A stretch of 64,000 bases of DNA from Thermoplasmata archaeon (GCA_034667745.1 JAXDQP010000062.1:958-64957), one strand, 5' to 3'. Positions 18,033 to 26,858 are shown, counted from the stretch's first letter. Translations and numbers: made by a program. Notes: a model not told the origin generated them from the sequence alone.

Positions 18033-18329
18033 TCACCAGATTTTGCGGCCGAACACCTTCGGCGAGCGGATTTTCAGGGCGCTGGCGATGCGCTTCTGGA
18101 GGCCGCGCCCCATCACGGGGATGGCCATCTGGGCGATGTTCCGGGCGGACACGGCCTCCTTGAGGGCGGGCTTGGCGGCGTTCATGGCGCCCTGCATGTC
18201 GCCGTTCATCGCCGCCTGGACGGCAGGGGTGAACGGCTCGACGGCCTGGACGACGATGTTCGTGGCGACGGCGAGGTCGCTCCAGGACTGCTTCGGCTTG
18301 CGGGGCTTGCTGTTCTTGGGCTTGGTCAT
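18033..18329 (-). CDS. basic, amphipathic-helical virion/membrane protein candidate
   Basis: 98 aa, Lys-rich N-terminus; AAGGAG SD upstream. Confidence 0.65.
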   Translation of the reverse strand: MTKPKNSKPRKPKQSWSDLAVATNIVVQAVEPFTPAVQAAMNGDMQGAMNAAKPALKEAVSARNIAQMAIPVMGRGLQKRIASALKIRSPKVFGRKIW

Positions 18330-18351
18330 GTCAGTGGTCTCCTTGGGTGTC

Positions 18352-18459
18352 TTACTTGCCCCACGTGGGGCGGGGGGCGAGGCGGCGCTTGCACTTGTTG
18401 TAGGCGCTCTTCTTGCGGTGCAGCCCGTGGCAGTACGGGCACTTCTTCAGTTGGGCCAT
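18352..18459 (-). CDS. 35-aa zinc-finger protein
   Basis: My translation MAQLKKCPYCHGLHRKKSAYNKCKRRLAPRPTWGK*. Confidence 0.6.
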   Translation of the reverse strand: MAQLKKCPYCHGLHRKKSAYNKCKRRLAPRPTWGK

Positions 18460-18460
18460 G

Positions 18461-18913
18461 TCAGGCGGGTCTCCAGGTGTTTTCCTTCGTTGCGTCGTTC
18501 ATGTGGGGGACAGTGCGGAGGAACGGTTCGAGGATGGGCTTCCAGCGGGCGCCGGACTCGTAGACGCCTTGCATGGTGTCCGGGCCGAGGAAGGCCTCGA
18601 TGCGCGCCACGTTGTCCGGGCCGAAGCGCTGCGCGATGAGCGTCTTGACCTCGACCTTCGTGGCGAGGGCGGTCAGGCGCTTCTCTTCGGCCTTCTGCCA
18701 GCGCAGGGCGGCGGCGTCCGTGGGGTCCACGCCGCCGCGCATGACGCCGGGCTTCAGCAGCGCATCCAGCCGAGCGCCTAGACGCGTCTCGGCGGCTGCA
18801 ATGTCGCGGTTGACGCGGGGGATGGTGTGCAACGTGGCGATGCAGGTGTCGGTGACGCACTGGGCGAACAGGCCGATGATGAAGGCGCCGATGGTCAGCA
18901 AAACCTGGTCCAT
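18461..18913 (-). CDS. N-terminal TM protein, first gene of structural operon
   Basis: MDQVLLTIGAFIIGLFAQ hydrophobic start; 150 aa. Confidence 0.6.
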   Translation of the reverse strand: MDQVLLTIGAFIIGLFAQCVTDTCIATLHTIPRVNRDIAAAETRLGARLDALLKPGVMRGGVDPTDAAALRWQKAEEKRLTALATKVEVKTLIAQRFGPDNVARIEAFLGPDTMQGVYESGARWKPILEPFLRTVPHMNDATKENTWRPA

Positions 18914-19339
18914 GTTTCACAGCAAGGATTGAACAGCATTTAGCTAGCGAGGTTTTCGGCTAAACGAGCGAATACATGTGGCGAGCTTGCGCTAAACAGC
19001 GTCCCAAATGCGTTCCGTGCGTTGACCTTAAGGGGAAACGCCAGCGTTGGGGGGTTTGGGGGGCGTAGGATGGAGCACAGGATTACCTGGGCGCACAGGC
19101 GCACAAGGCGACCGGACAAGGCGGCATCCTCAGCGGCCGGACAAGGGGGAGGTATGGAGGGGGAGCACCCCTTACGGCACGGTGCTCGCTTCGCTCGCGC
19201 CCCGTCATCTTGGGCGCGCTGCTGCGCGCACCCCCGACCGAGAGGAATCCCCCGGACCCCAGCCCGGAATCGACGGCAAGGCCCCTAGGCGCGCGTCCCT
19301 TGGCTCAGAAAAGGGAAGAAGGGGGAAGAGGCGACCGGG

Positions 19340-19549
19340 CTAGGATTCGAGCCAGCGCGCGCCCTGCGGAAGGGGCTCGTTGGCGGGCCACCACCCGGCG
19401 CGGCCGTCCACGCCCGCGGCGTAGCGCACGTGGGTGTGGCTGCCGTCAGGCCAGCTGACGCGCATGGTGCGCGCCCGAGGCGTAGGGCGGGCCGGTCGGA
19501 AGTCTCGGCGGGCGAGTTGGCAGCGGCAGCTAGTCGTCTTCTTGGCCAT
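19340..19549 (-). CDS. 69-aa basic hypothetical protein
   Basis: ORF overlapping the end of the RHH-like gene. Confidence 0.5.
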   Translation of the reverse strand: MAKKTTSCRCQLARRDFRPARPTPRARTMRVSWPDGSHTHVRYAAGVDGRAGWWPANEPLPQGARWLES

Positions 19550-19769
19550 CGGGGGCCTCCACTCCAGACCTAGCCGAGCTGGCGGATTTATTCCGTGCCG
19601 ACGTCGCCTTGCCCAGCTGGAGCTCCGCGAGGCGGCCCAGGCGCGAGCTCACCGAGTGATAGCTCCAGGGGCGGTCCTTGAACGCGGGGTGCTTGTAGGC
19701 GTCGAGCTTGCGGATGCGCTCGGCCAGGCTGACCGGGATGCTGATGGTGGTGCGAGGCTCCTTGCTCAC
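19530..19769 (-). CDS. ribbon-helix-helix-like DNA-binding protein
   Basis: KEPRTTISIPVSLAERIRKL strand-helix pattern; GTG start at 19769 or 19775. Confidence 0.55.
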   Translation of the reverse strand: MSKEPRTTISIPVSLAERIRKLDAYKHPAFKDRPWSYHSVSSRLGRLAELQLGKATSARNKSASSARSGVEAPDGQEDD

Positions 19770-19771
19770 CG

Positions 19772-19903
19772 TCACACCACCGTGGGCGCGCGGGGACAGG
19801 TGGCGTGGTAGCAGGCGCTGCACACCACGGGCTTGCTGTCGGGGTCGAGCCAGCCCGGGTGTCCGCCCCGGCAGCCAGGGCACGAGTCGCAGAAGCCGCT
19901 CAC
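19772..19903 (-). CDS. 43-aa Cys-rich zinc-binding protein
   Basis: MSGFCDSCPGCRGGHPGWLDPDSKPVVCSACYHATCP; GTGA coupling. Confidence 0.55.
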   Translation of the reverse strand: MSGFCDSCPGCRGGHPGWLDPDSKPVVCSACYHATCPRAPTVV

Positions 19904-20079
19904 GCGATAGCCCCCCGGCCGATGGCGTCGAGGATGCCGGGCTTGTCGAGGAGCTTCTCGACGCGGTCGAGGAGCCGGACGCAACTGGTGAGGGTTCCTC
20001 GACACTCGACCTCGACCTGTCCGATGCGGACGGAGATGCTGTTCCCGTAGTCCGGGCGGAGCCGGGCGGCGCGGCCCAT
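19900..20079 (-). CDS. 59-aa hypothetical proviral protein
   Basis: My translation MGRAARLRPDYGNSISVRIGQVEVECRGTLTSCVRLLDRVEKLLDKPGILDAIGRGAIA*. Confidence 0.55.
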   Translation of the reverse strand: MGRAARLRPDYGNSISVRIGQVEVECRGTLTSCVRLLDRVEKLLDKPGILDAIGRGAIA

Positions 20080-20081
20080 CG

Positions 20082-20249
20082 TCAGGCCCCCGGCTTGCGC
20101 CAGCTGTTGCCGCCGTGCTGGCGGCAGTCGTTGTAGCTCAGGAGCTCGTAGGTCTCCGAGTTGCGCGACCAGGTGCAGCCGCAGGGCGCGGTGACCTGCT
20201 CCTCCTTGGCGGCCTTGGGGTGGAACGCCTTGCGCAGCAGGCCCTTCAC
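20082..20249 (-). CDS. 55-aa CxC...CxxH zinc-finger protein
   Basis: My translation MKGLLRKAFHPKAAKEEQVTAPCGCTWSRNSETYELLSYNDCRQHGGNSWRKPGA*; GTGA coupling. Confidence 0.55.
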   Translation of the reverse strand: MKGLLRKAFHPKAAKEEQVTAPCGCTWSRNSETYELLSYNDCRQHGGNSWRKPGA

Positions 20250-20719
20250 TGCGACGCCCCCGGCACAGGGAGGTCCGAGTCCGAGTCCGTCAGGGGTCGT
20301 GCGACGCTCACGACTGTGAGGTGGAACGTCTTCTTCAGGCCCCGGCCTTCGCTGTGGATATCCAGGACGACGTTGCCGCTCCAGTCGGGGCCGCTGCGCA
20401 CGATGACGTCACGCAGGGAGACGGCCGCCGGGAGGCTCAGGATTTCCCAGACGCTCTCACGGGCGGTGCCTACTTCCAGGAAGGTCGCCACCGCGTACTT
20501 GGTGACGGCCTTCGAGCTCACGATGTTCCCGTTGTCGTCGTGGTTGGCGATGGTGTGCGGGATGCCCTGGGGGCCGTAGCCCTTCACGTCCACCAGGACG
20601 ACGCGCTGGGGCGTGCTCTCCGGCTGGAAGAACGTGGGCTTCGCCTTGTCGGGGAGGTTCAGGCCCGCGAGCCACGCGCCACGGTCAAGGGTCTTCTGTT
20701 CAGGGGTCGTCTCTTGCAT
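20246..20719 (-). CDS. 157-aa beta-rich protein, possible OB-fold ssDNA-binding protein
   Basis: Strand pattern ending VVLDIHSEGRGLKKTFHLTVV with acidic tail DSDSD; first gene of early operon. Confidence 0.5.
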   Translation of the reverse strand: MQETTPEQKTLDRGAWLAGLNLPDKAKPTFFQPESTPQRVVLVDVKGYGPQGIPHTIANHDDNGNIVSSKAVTKYAVATFLEVGTARESVWEILSLPAAVSLRDVIVRSGPDWSGNVVLDIHSEGRGLKKTFHLTVVSVARPLTDSDSDLPVPGASQ

Positions 20720-20744
20720 ACGGTTCGCTCCAAATTGGCTCGAA

Positions 20745-20770
20745 CTCCCGTATGGCACTCGAAGAGAACC
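20745..20770 (+). repeat. attR direct repeat
   Basis: CTCCCGTATGGCACTCGAAGAGAACC; one mismatch to attL. Confidence 0.9.
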
Positions 20771-20792
20771 GCATTTTTCCCGTAGATTTTGC

Positions 20793-21164
20793 TCATTTTT
20801 GTGCAGAACTGGCCAAAATCATCAGGATGTCCGCTTCCAACTGGCTCAGCAGCCGGGTGAGGAACAGGTAGACCAAGGTGAGGAGGCCGGTGAGCGCGCC
20901 GGCCACGCGAACGGCGGCGGTGACGACCGGGGTTGCCTGTGAGAGTCCGGGGACGAAGTTGGCCGCCAGGCCGACGACGGTGCCGGCGAAGCCCAGGTAG
21001 AGCAGCACGAGGGCGCCGGTGCGGACGCGGTCCCAGCGGCGCAGGCTTGCGGCGCGCTCGTGCAGGAGGCTGTCGCGGCCGCGGCTGCCCAGCTCGAGGG
21101 CCTGCAGGATGTGCCCATAGCGGCTGTGCAATAGCCACTGGAGGCGGGACTCGTAGGGGTACAC
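20793..21164 (-). CDS. two-TM membrane protein (host side of attR)
   Basis: GTG start MYPYESRLQWLL; two hydrophobic helices. Confidence 0.65.
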   Translation of the reverse strand: MYPYESRLQWLLHSRYGHILQALELGSRGRDSLLHERAASLRRWDRVRTGALVLLYLGFAGTVVGLAANFVPGLSQATPVVTAAVRVAGALTGLLTLVYLFLTRLLSQLEADILMILASSAQK

Positions 21165-21249
21165 GCGGCCGGCAAGGGGGGCGCGGAGATGGGGTTGCCG
21201 CTCCGTTGCGTCGGGAGCAAAAGGGGGAGAAGGGGGAAGATTGGGGTGG

Positions 21250-21315
21250 TCACGCCAGGCGTTCGGTGTATTCCCATTCGCTGGTGACCACACGGATCCA
21301 GACGTAGCTGTCCAT
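21250..21315 (-). CDS. 21-aa micro-protein candidate
   Basis: MDSYVWIRVVTSEWEYTERLA*; GGGAGG SD 6 nt upstream; pyrimidine tract downstream. Confidence 0.4.
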   Translation of the reverse strand: MDSYVWIRVVTSEWEYTERLA

Positions 21316-21596
21316 GCGATGCCTCCCATTTCCTTGGGGCGCCGACGGCCTCCCAGCCGTGCGACAGAGTCGCGGGGCGTCCCGAGGGAAACCGGACTAT
21401 GCGTTGCGTGATTTAAGGCGTTCCAAGCGAAGCGACGGTGCCGATGCAACACCACCCAGAAATGTTCCCGTGCAGTTATAAGATTTATAAATAAATGGGA
21501 GCAACTTTGCATCAAAGCATTTGATTCGCGCAAAAGCGCAACGACACGACTGATTCTCAATCAGCGAAATTCAATCTGAATCCGCAAATCTGTTCA

Positions 21597-21896
21597 TCAG
21601 TCGAGCAGCGTGAACAGGACGTCATCCTGCCCCACGTCGAACACGCCCAGCCGCGCGCCCGCGTCGAGCCAGCCGTGCGCGTAGTTGACCTGCGCGAACG
21701 CGTTCACGAAGTCGCCCTGGGCGTGGAAGTGCTGCGCGTCGGCGTAGTAGCGCTTGGCCATGTCGAGGAAGTTGTCGGCGATCTTGGCCGCGAAGGACTT
21801 CGGCGGCGCCACGACCTTGACCTTCTCGAAGGCGCGCCGCGTGGTGTCGAGGTACTTCCCCATCTTCTCCGCGGAAATCTCCCTCTGCGGGGTCAA
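21597..21896 (-). CDS. DUF357-family protein
   Basis: FLDMAKRYYADAQHF...GDFVNAFAQVNYAHGWLDAGARLGVF. Confidence 0.9.
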   Translation of the reverse strand: MTPQREISAEKMGKYLDTTRRAFEKVKVVAPPKSFAAKIADNFLDMAKRYYADAQHFHAQGDFVNAFAQVNYAHGWLDAGARLGVFDVGQDDVLFTLLD

Positions 21897-23992
21897 CGCC
21901 ACAGCCGGCGCAAGGTGGAGCGGGTCTTTTGCCGTTCCTGCTGCAGCAGGCGGTGGTAGGTGCAGCCCGCCTGCTCGGGGCAGCGGATGCAGGCCGGTCC
22001 CTCCGGCAGGCAGGCGTTCTCCGCGATCTCCAGCAGCAGCCGCAGGCGGGCGTCGGGGTCGCGGTGGTGTGACGCCTCGAGGTCGCCGACGATGGCGACG
22101 GTGCGCGCGGGGTCCTGGTCTGGCCCCACGAGGCCGATGCGGGAGGCGACGCGGTGGATGTCCTTGGCGTCCCCGGCGGTCCAGCTCTTGCGGACCTTGT
22201 GGGCGAGGAACGCGTCGTCCGGGATGAGGCGGCGCGGGGAGCGGGGCAGCGTCTGGAACTCGACCTCGGGCGCCTGGACCGGGAGGACCGGCTTGGGGCG
22301 CGCGGGCGGCGCGATGGCCGGGGCAGCGGGCGAGGCAGCGGGAGCCGGTGGGACGGGCGCAGGCGGGGGTTGGAACGCGCTGGGCGGCGTCCACACCGGC
22401 GCCACGGGCTTCGGCGGGTCAACACTCGGGGCCGGGTTCAGGGGCGCGCGGGGCGCAGGGGGCGGCAGAACGGGCGCCTGGGGCGCTTCGCCATCGTCCT
22501 CCTCTTCGTCCTCGTCCGACTCCTGGTGCAGCACGGACACGGAGCGGCCGCCGTGGCGCGTCAGGCGGGGGCGCACCGACACGAAGACCGGCTGCGTGAG
22601 GCCGCCACCCGCCACGAGGGCCTCCCCCACGGCGAGGCGCTGGATTTCATCGGCGACCTCCGCCGAGATGCCCTCGACGCTCTGGACGATGGCCTTGAGG
22701 TCATTCGGGTTCGTGACCTTCAGCACGACCTGGGTGTTGCACTGCGACAGCACGTTCTTGTCGATCTTCGCCGGGCGCTGGCTCACGATGACGAGGCCCA
22801 TGCCGAATTTGCGGCCCTCCGAGGCCACGGTGCGGATGATGGCTCCGCTCACGGCGTTGCCCACGTTCCTTTCCGGGCAGAAGTTGTGCGCCTCCTCCAC
22901 CACGAGGATGTGCGCGGGAATCTCGCCGCGCTTGCGCGCCTCCCAGAGCATGTTCGCGATTCGCGTGACGACGATCTCCTGGATGTCGGGGTTGACACCC
23001 TTGAGGTTCACGATGGTGCACTGGCCCGGCGCGACCAGCTCCTTGACGGGGGTGCCGCGGATGTCGAAGACCTTCGTGGACTCCAGGACCTCGAGGGCGT
23101 TGAGGACGTTCCACTTGGCGTTCGATTTGTTGCGCGCGACGCCGTCCATGATGTCGCGCAGCGTGTAGGCGGGGAGATGCTCCTTGATCTCCTTGATGGC
23201 CTGGTAGAGCACGCCCACCTGGCCGCCGGAGAGCTTGCCGCCCAGCAGGTCCACGATGTCGCGGCCCTCCAGGTTCATGCCCTCCAGCACCAGGCGCTGC
23301 GCTTCGGGGTTGAGCTGGACGTCGAGGGCGTACTCCTTGACCTGCTTGGCGAACGACTTGGGCTTCACCTTGTAGCGCGCCATCGCCTCCAGCTCGCCCT
23401 CGTCGAGGTTGGGGCTCCGCAGGGAGCCGTACTCGCCGTGCGGGTCGAGGATGACCAGCGGCACGTTGGCCTTGATGAGCTCCTCCAGGATGACCGCGAC
23501 GGTGTAGGATTTGCCGGCGCCGGTCTTCGCCAGCACCGAGAGGTGCTTCTGCGCCACCGTGTCCATGGAGAGCGCGACGGGAATCTTGCTGCCCTTGACG
23601 AAGCCGAGGTAGGCGCCGCCCTCCGCCGACTGCTCCAGCCCCAGCACGGTCGTGACGAGGCGGTCGTCGGCGTTGTAGACCGGCACCCCGGCGCGGAACG
23701 GCGTGCGCGGCGTCTGGATGCGGCCCTGCTGGTCCTGGTAGCCGATGACGCGCACGCCGGCCGAGAGCTGGTCCTCGGCATCGGCGGCCAGCCCCTCGGG
23801 AATCGCGACGGCCTGCTCGTAGCTCAGGCTGCTGCGCCGCAGGACGGCGTCGACCTGCGCCAGGACGCGGTGGCCCTCGGACTCCACCTCGACGTAGTCC
23901 AGGCGCTTGAGCCCGGAGTCCCCCACGGCGATGTCGAACGCGGTGCTCGACACGTTGCCGTAGATGATGCCGACCTGGCGGCGCAGGGCCAT
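21893..23992 (-). CDS. herA: HerA-family ATPase with Pro-rich linker and EndoIII-like 4Fe-4S C-terminal domain
   Basis: HAS barrel, HLSVLAKTGAGKS, DPHGEY, VVEEAHNFCP, SEGRKFG, SQRPAKID; tail C-x6-C-x2-C-x5-C. Confidence 0.85.
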   Translation of the reverse strand: MALRRQVGIIYGNVSSTAFDIAVGDSGLKRLDYVEVESEGHRVLAQVDAVLRRSSLSYEQAVAIPEGLAADAEDQLSAGVRVIGYQDQQGRIQTPRTPFRAGVPVYNADDRLVTTVLGLEQSAEGGAYLGFVKGSKIPVALSMDTVAQKHLSVLAKTGAGKSYTVAVILEELIKANVPLVILDPHGEYGSLRSPNLDEGELEAMARYKVKPKSFAKQVKEYALDVQLNPEAQRLVLEGMNLEGRDIVDLLGGKLSGGQVGVLYQAIKEIKEHLPAYTLRDIMDGVARNKSNAKWNVLNALEVLESTKVFDIRGTPVKELVAPGQCTIVNLKGVNPDIQEIVVTRIANMLWEARKRGEIPAHILVVEEAHNFCPERNVGNAVSGAIIRTVASEGRKFGMGLVIVSQRPAKIDKNVLSQCNTQVVLKVTNPNDLKAIVQSVEGISAEVADEIQRLAVGEALVAGGGLTQPVFVSVRPRLTRHGGRSVSVLHQESDEDEEEDDGEAPQAPVLPPPAPRAPLNPAPSVDPPKPVAPVWTPPSAFQPPPAPVPPAPAASPAAPAIAPPARPKPVLPVQAPEVEFQTLPRSPRRLIPDDAFLAHKVRKSWTAGDAKDIHRVASRIGLVGPDQDPARTVAIVGDLEASHHRDPDARLRLLLEIAENACLPEGPACIRCPEQAGCTYHRLLQQERQKTRSTLRRLWR

Positions 23993-24058
23993 CAGGAGAC
24001 CACTCCTGGAGGTCCTATATCAGGCCGCCCAAATGGACCTAGGAGGGCCGCCGGGAAC

Positions 24059-24145
24059 GGAGGCCTGGGATTCCAGCGATTTCAGAGTTTAGGAAACCTG
24101 GGCCAAGTCTTCGCAATCCCAAATCACCGCAACCCTCCGGCCTCC
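24059..24145. repeat. Inverted-repeat element type A (degenerate right arm)
   Basis: GGAGGCCTGGGATTCCAGCGATTTCAGAGTTTAGGAA is close to the reverse complement of the right arm of the 8624 copy. Confidence 0.75.
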
Positions 24146-24171
24146 CCGCACGCGGGAGGAAAAACCTCGCG

Positions 24172-24420
24172 TTAGGCGAGCGTCTCGAGCTGGGACATGA
24201 TGTTCCAGACGAGGGTGCGGCCGTGCAGGGGGATGTTGGGGTCGTTGGCCATGTCGTCCAGGGTGCCGATGGCCTTGGCCTTGCGGACGTCGAGGGGCTC
24301 GCCCTGGTTGGTGAGGAGGGCCTTGATCTGCTCCGCGGCGCGGCGGATGTTGCGGGGGACGCTGGTGTCCTCGACGAGCATGTCCAAGCCGGTCGTGATG
24401 TTCTGGATGCGCGACGCCAT
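24172..24420 (-). CDS. UPF0147-family protein
   Basis: EDTSVPRNIRRAA...DDMANDPNIPLHGRTLVWNIMSQLE. Confidence 0.92.
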   Translation of the reverse strand: MASRIQNITTGLDMLVEDTSVPRNIRRAAEQIKALLTNQGEPLDVRKAKAIGTLDDMANDPNIPLHGRTLVWNIMSQLETLA

Positions 24421-24476
24421 GAAAACGACCCCAGGAGCGGATGCCCCTTGACGGGTCGCGCGACGGAAGGGGCCTC

Positions 24477-26786
24477 TTAAGCCGTTTCGGTGTGCCGACC
24501 CGTTGCCGCGCGCACGCGGCGGCCCTCCAGCTCCAGGATGCGGCGCATCTCGCTGGCCTTCGCGCCGCCGATGCCCTCGACCTCGGCGAGCTCGGCGACG
24601 GTGGCGGCGAAGACGCGGTGGGCGCTGCCGAAGTGGTCGAGCAGGCGCTGCGCCAGCACCTCGCTGACGCCCGGCAGCCCCGCGACCAGGAAGATGCGCA
24701 GGTCGTCGTCGCTCGCGGGCTTGCCGGGACGGACCGCGATCTTGCGCCCCTCGCGCTCCTGCTCGCGCTTGGCGGCGGCGTGCAGGAAGCGCGCGGTCTC
24801 GAGGCCGTCGCGGGTCTGGAGGACGGGGATGCCGTAGTCCACGCTGACGGAGGCGAGGGCGCCCAGGATGGCCTCCGGGCTGAGGTTGCGGTGGCCGTGC
24901 AGCGACTCGCCCTCCAGGATGAGGAATGGGCGCGGGTAGGCCTTGAGCTGCCGCAGCTGCTCGAAGAGGCGGCCGTCGACGAGGGACTCCACGAAGTCGG
25001 CGCAGGTCTTGCGCTCGACGGCGACGCGGTCGCTCAGGATGAAGTCCGCGACGTCCAGTTGCCGCGCCTCCAGGGCGCACCCAAGCTCGTGCAGGTGGCG
25101 GACGACCGCGCCGGACTGCTCGCGGTGGTCGAACAGCACCTTGGGGCCGGGCGGCATGGAGGCGGATGCGGGGGGGGCGTGCTGCTGGCCGAGTGTCGTC
25201 TGGCCGGTGGGGCGGGCGGGCAGCGGCGGCAGGGGCGCGATGGGGACGCGGGCGATGGTGCCCCGCAGGGAGTGCAGTTCGCGCACCATCTCCTGCTCCT
25301 TGCGGCGGGCGGACCAGTGCGCGGCCTCGTCCTGCGTGCCCTTCGTCATCAGCACGACGACGCGGCCCTCGCGCTGGCGCCCGGTGCGGCCGCGGCGCTG
25401 GATGGCCCGGATTTCGCTCGGGATGGGCTCGAAGAAGACCACGAGGTCCGTCTCGGGGATGTCGAGCCCCTCCTCCGCGACGCTGGTGGCCACCAGGACG
25501 TTGTGCCCGCCGGCGCGGAAGCGGTCGAGGGTCTCCTTCTGCTCCTTCTGGGTCATGCCGTCCTGGCCGCCGCGCTTGCCCTGCCCGACGAACAGGACGG
25601 GCTTGACGCCAGGGAGCTTGGAGAGCGCGTCCACGACGGCCTCGCAGGTGGAGCGGTAGTGCGTGAAGACGATGCAGCGCGCGGTGGGCGCCGCCTCGAT
25701 GTACTCCTTGACGAGGACGCCGGTGCGCGCCAGCTTGGGGTTCTCCGAGGTGTCGAAGCGCGCGATGTGGTACGCCTCGTTGACGCGCGGGTCCTCCGCG
25801 ATGGAGCGGCTGGCCTTCGTCGCCTTGGGGCCTTGCGCCTCGCCGCGCATCCCCTCGACGTACTCGATGAACGCGGCCGAGCCCTGCGTCTCGACCTGCT
25901 CGATGGCGTGCTGGAGCTTGAGCGCCTGCGCCTGGAGACTCATGGCTTGGAACAGGGAGGGGTCCGGGTTCGGCAACTGGCTCAGCTTGCCCTGGAGGAT
26001 GCCGGCCAACTCCAGCAGCTCGCGGCGGTTGGGCTTGCTGCCGATGGTCTTGAGGACGCCGAGCCCCTTCAGCGTCCGCACGCGCTCGGCGAGGGCCTCG
26101 TGCAGCTTGCCGCTGACCCGCGCCATCGCGGGCGGCAGGGGCAGCGTCTCCCACTCCATCTGCACCGTCTGGACGTAGGGGGCGACGTCGGCGTCGGCGG
26201 GGGTGCGGATCTCGACGAAGGGAAGCCCGAGGTTCTGGCGCACCTCGTCGATCTTGCGCACGTCGTGGCCGGGGCTCGCGGTGAGGCCGAGGCGGCGGCC
26301 CTTGGGGTGCCGGCGCTGCAGCTCCTGGCCGATGAAGGCATACGGATAGTCGCCGACAGCGCGGTGGGCCTCGTCGAACACCACCCAGTCGAGCGCGGCG
26401 AGGTCGAGGCGGCCGCCCACGAGGTCGTTCTGCACGACCTGGGGCGTGGCGCACACGAGCCCCTCGTCCCTGTAGGCCGCGGCGCGCCTGTCGGGTGACT
26501 GGGTGCCGGTGAGGCCGTGCACGCGGCCGGCCCACGGCTCGGCCAGGACGGAGGCGAAGAACCGTTGGTGCTGCTCGACCAGGGGCCGCGTCGGGGCAAG
26601 CAGGAGCACGCGCTTGGCGCCGGCCTGGAGCGCGTCGGCGATGGCCAGCAGCGCGACGATGGTCTTGCCCATCCCCGTCGGCAGCACGACGAGCGTGTCG
26701 CCTTTCTGCGCGATGCGGGCCAGGTTCGCCTGGTAGCCGCGGAACTCCACCGTCTCCGCCTTAAGGAGGGGGTGGACCACATGCAC
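24477..26786 (-). CDS. hef: Hef/FANCM-type helicase-XPF nuclease
   Basis: LPTGMGKT, FDEAHRAVG, GLTASPG, ATSVAEEGLDIP, IQRRGRTGR, VAVERKT, HhH. Confidence 0.95.
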   Translation of the reverse strand: MHVVHPLLKAETVEFRGYQANLARIAQKGDTLVVLPTGMGKTIVALLAIADALQAGAKRVLLLAPTRPLVEQHQRFFASVLAEPWAGRVHGLTGTQSPDRRAAAYRDEGLVCATPQVVQNDLVGGRLDLAALDWVVFDEAHRAVGDYPYAFIGQELQRRHPKGRRLGLTASPGHDVRKIDEVRQNLGLPFVEIRTPADADVAPYVQTVQMEWETLPLPPAMARVSGKLHEALAERVRTLKGLGVLKTIGSKPNRRELLELAGILQGKLSQLPNPDPSLFQAMSLQAQALKLQHAIEQVETQGSAAFIEYVEGMRGEAQGPKATKASRSIAEDPRVNEAYHIARFDTSENPKLARTGVLVKEYIEAAPTARCIVFTHYRSTCEAVVDALSKLPGVKPVLFVGQGKRGGQDGMTQKEQKETLDRFRAGGHNVLVATSVAEEGLDIPETDLVVFFEPIPSEIRAIQRRGRTGRQREGRVVVLMTKGTQDEAAHWSARRKEQEMVRELHSLRGTIARVPIAPLPPLPARPTGQTTLGQQHAPPASASMPPGPKVLFDHREQSGAVVRHLHELGCALEARQLDVADFILSDRVAVERKTCADFVESLVDGRLFEQLRQLKAYPRPFLILEGESLHGHRNLSPEAILGALASVSVDYGIPVLQTRDGLETARFLHAAAKREQEREGRKIAVRPGKPASDDDLRIFLVAGLPGVSEVLAQRLLDHFGSAHRVFAATVAELAEVEGIGGAKASEMRRILELEGRRVRAATGRHTETA

Positions 26787-26858
26787 GGCCGTTCCAAGAC
26801 CGGCGCCGGGATGAAGGATTCGCCTCGGGGAGAAAATGCGGCGAAACCATTCCTGGGC

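Larger units (their letters stand above)
14969..20770 (-). mobile_element. ~5.8 kb integrated mini-provirus, probable double-jelly-roll virus
   Basis: Bounded by 26-bp direct repeats; ~14 tightly coupled minus-strand ORFs with no housekeeping similarity; capsid-like beta-rich proteins, membrane proteins, Zn fingers, RHH. Confidence 0.8.
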
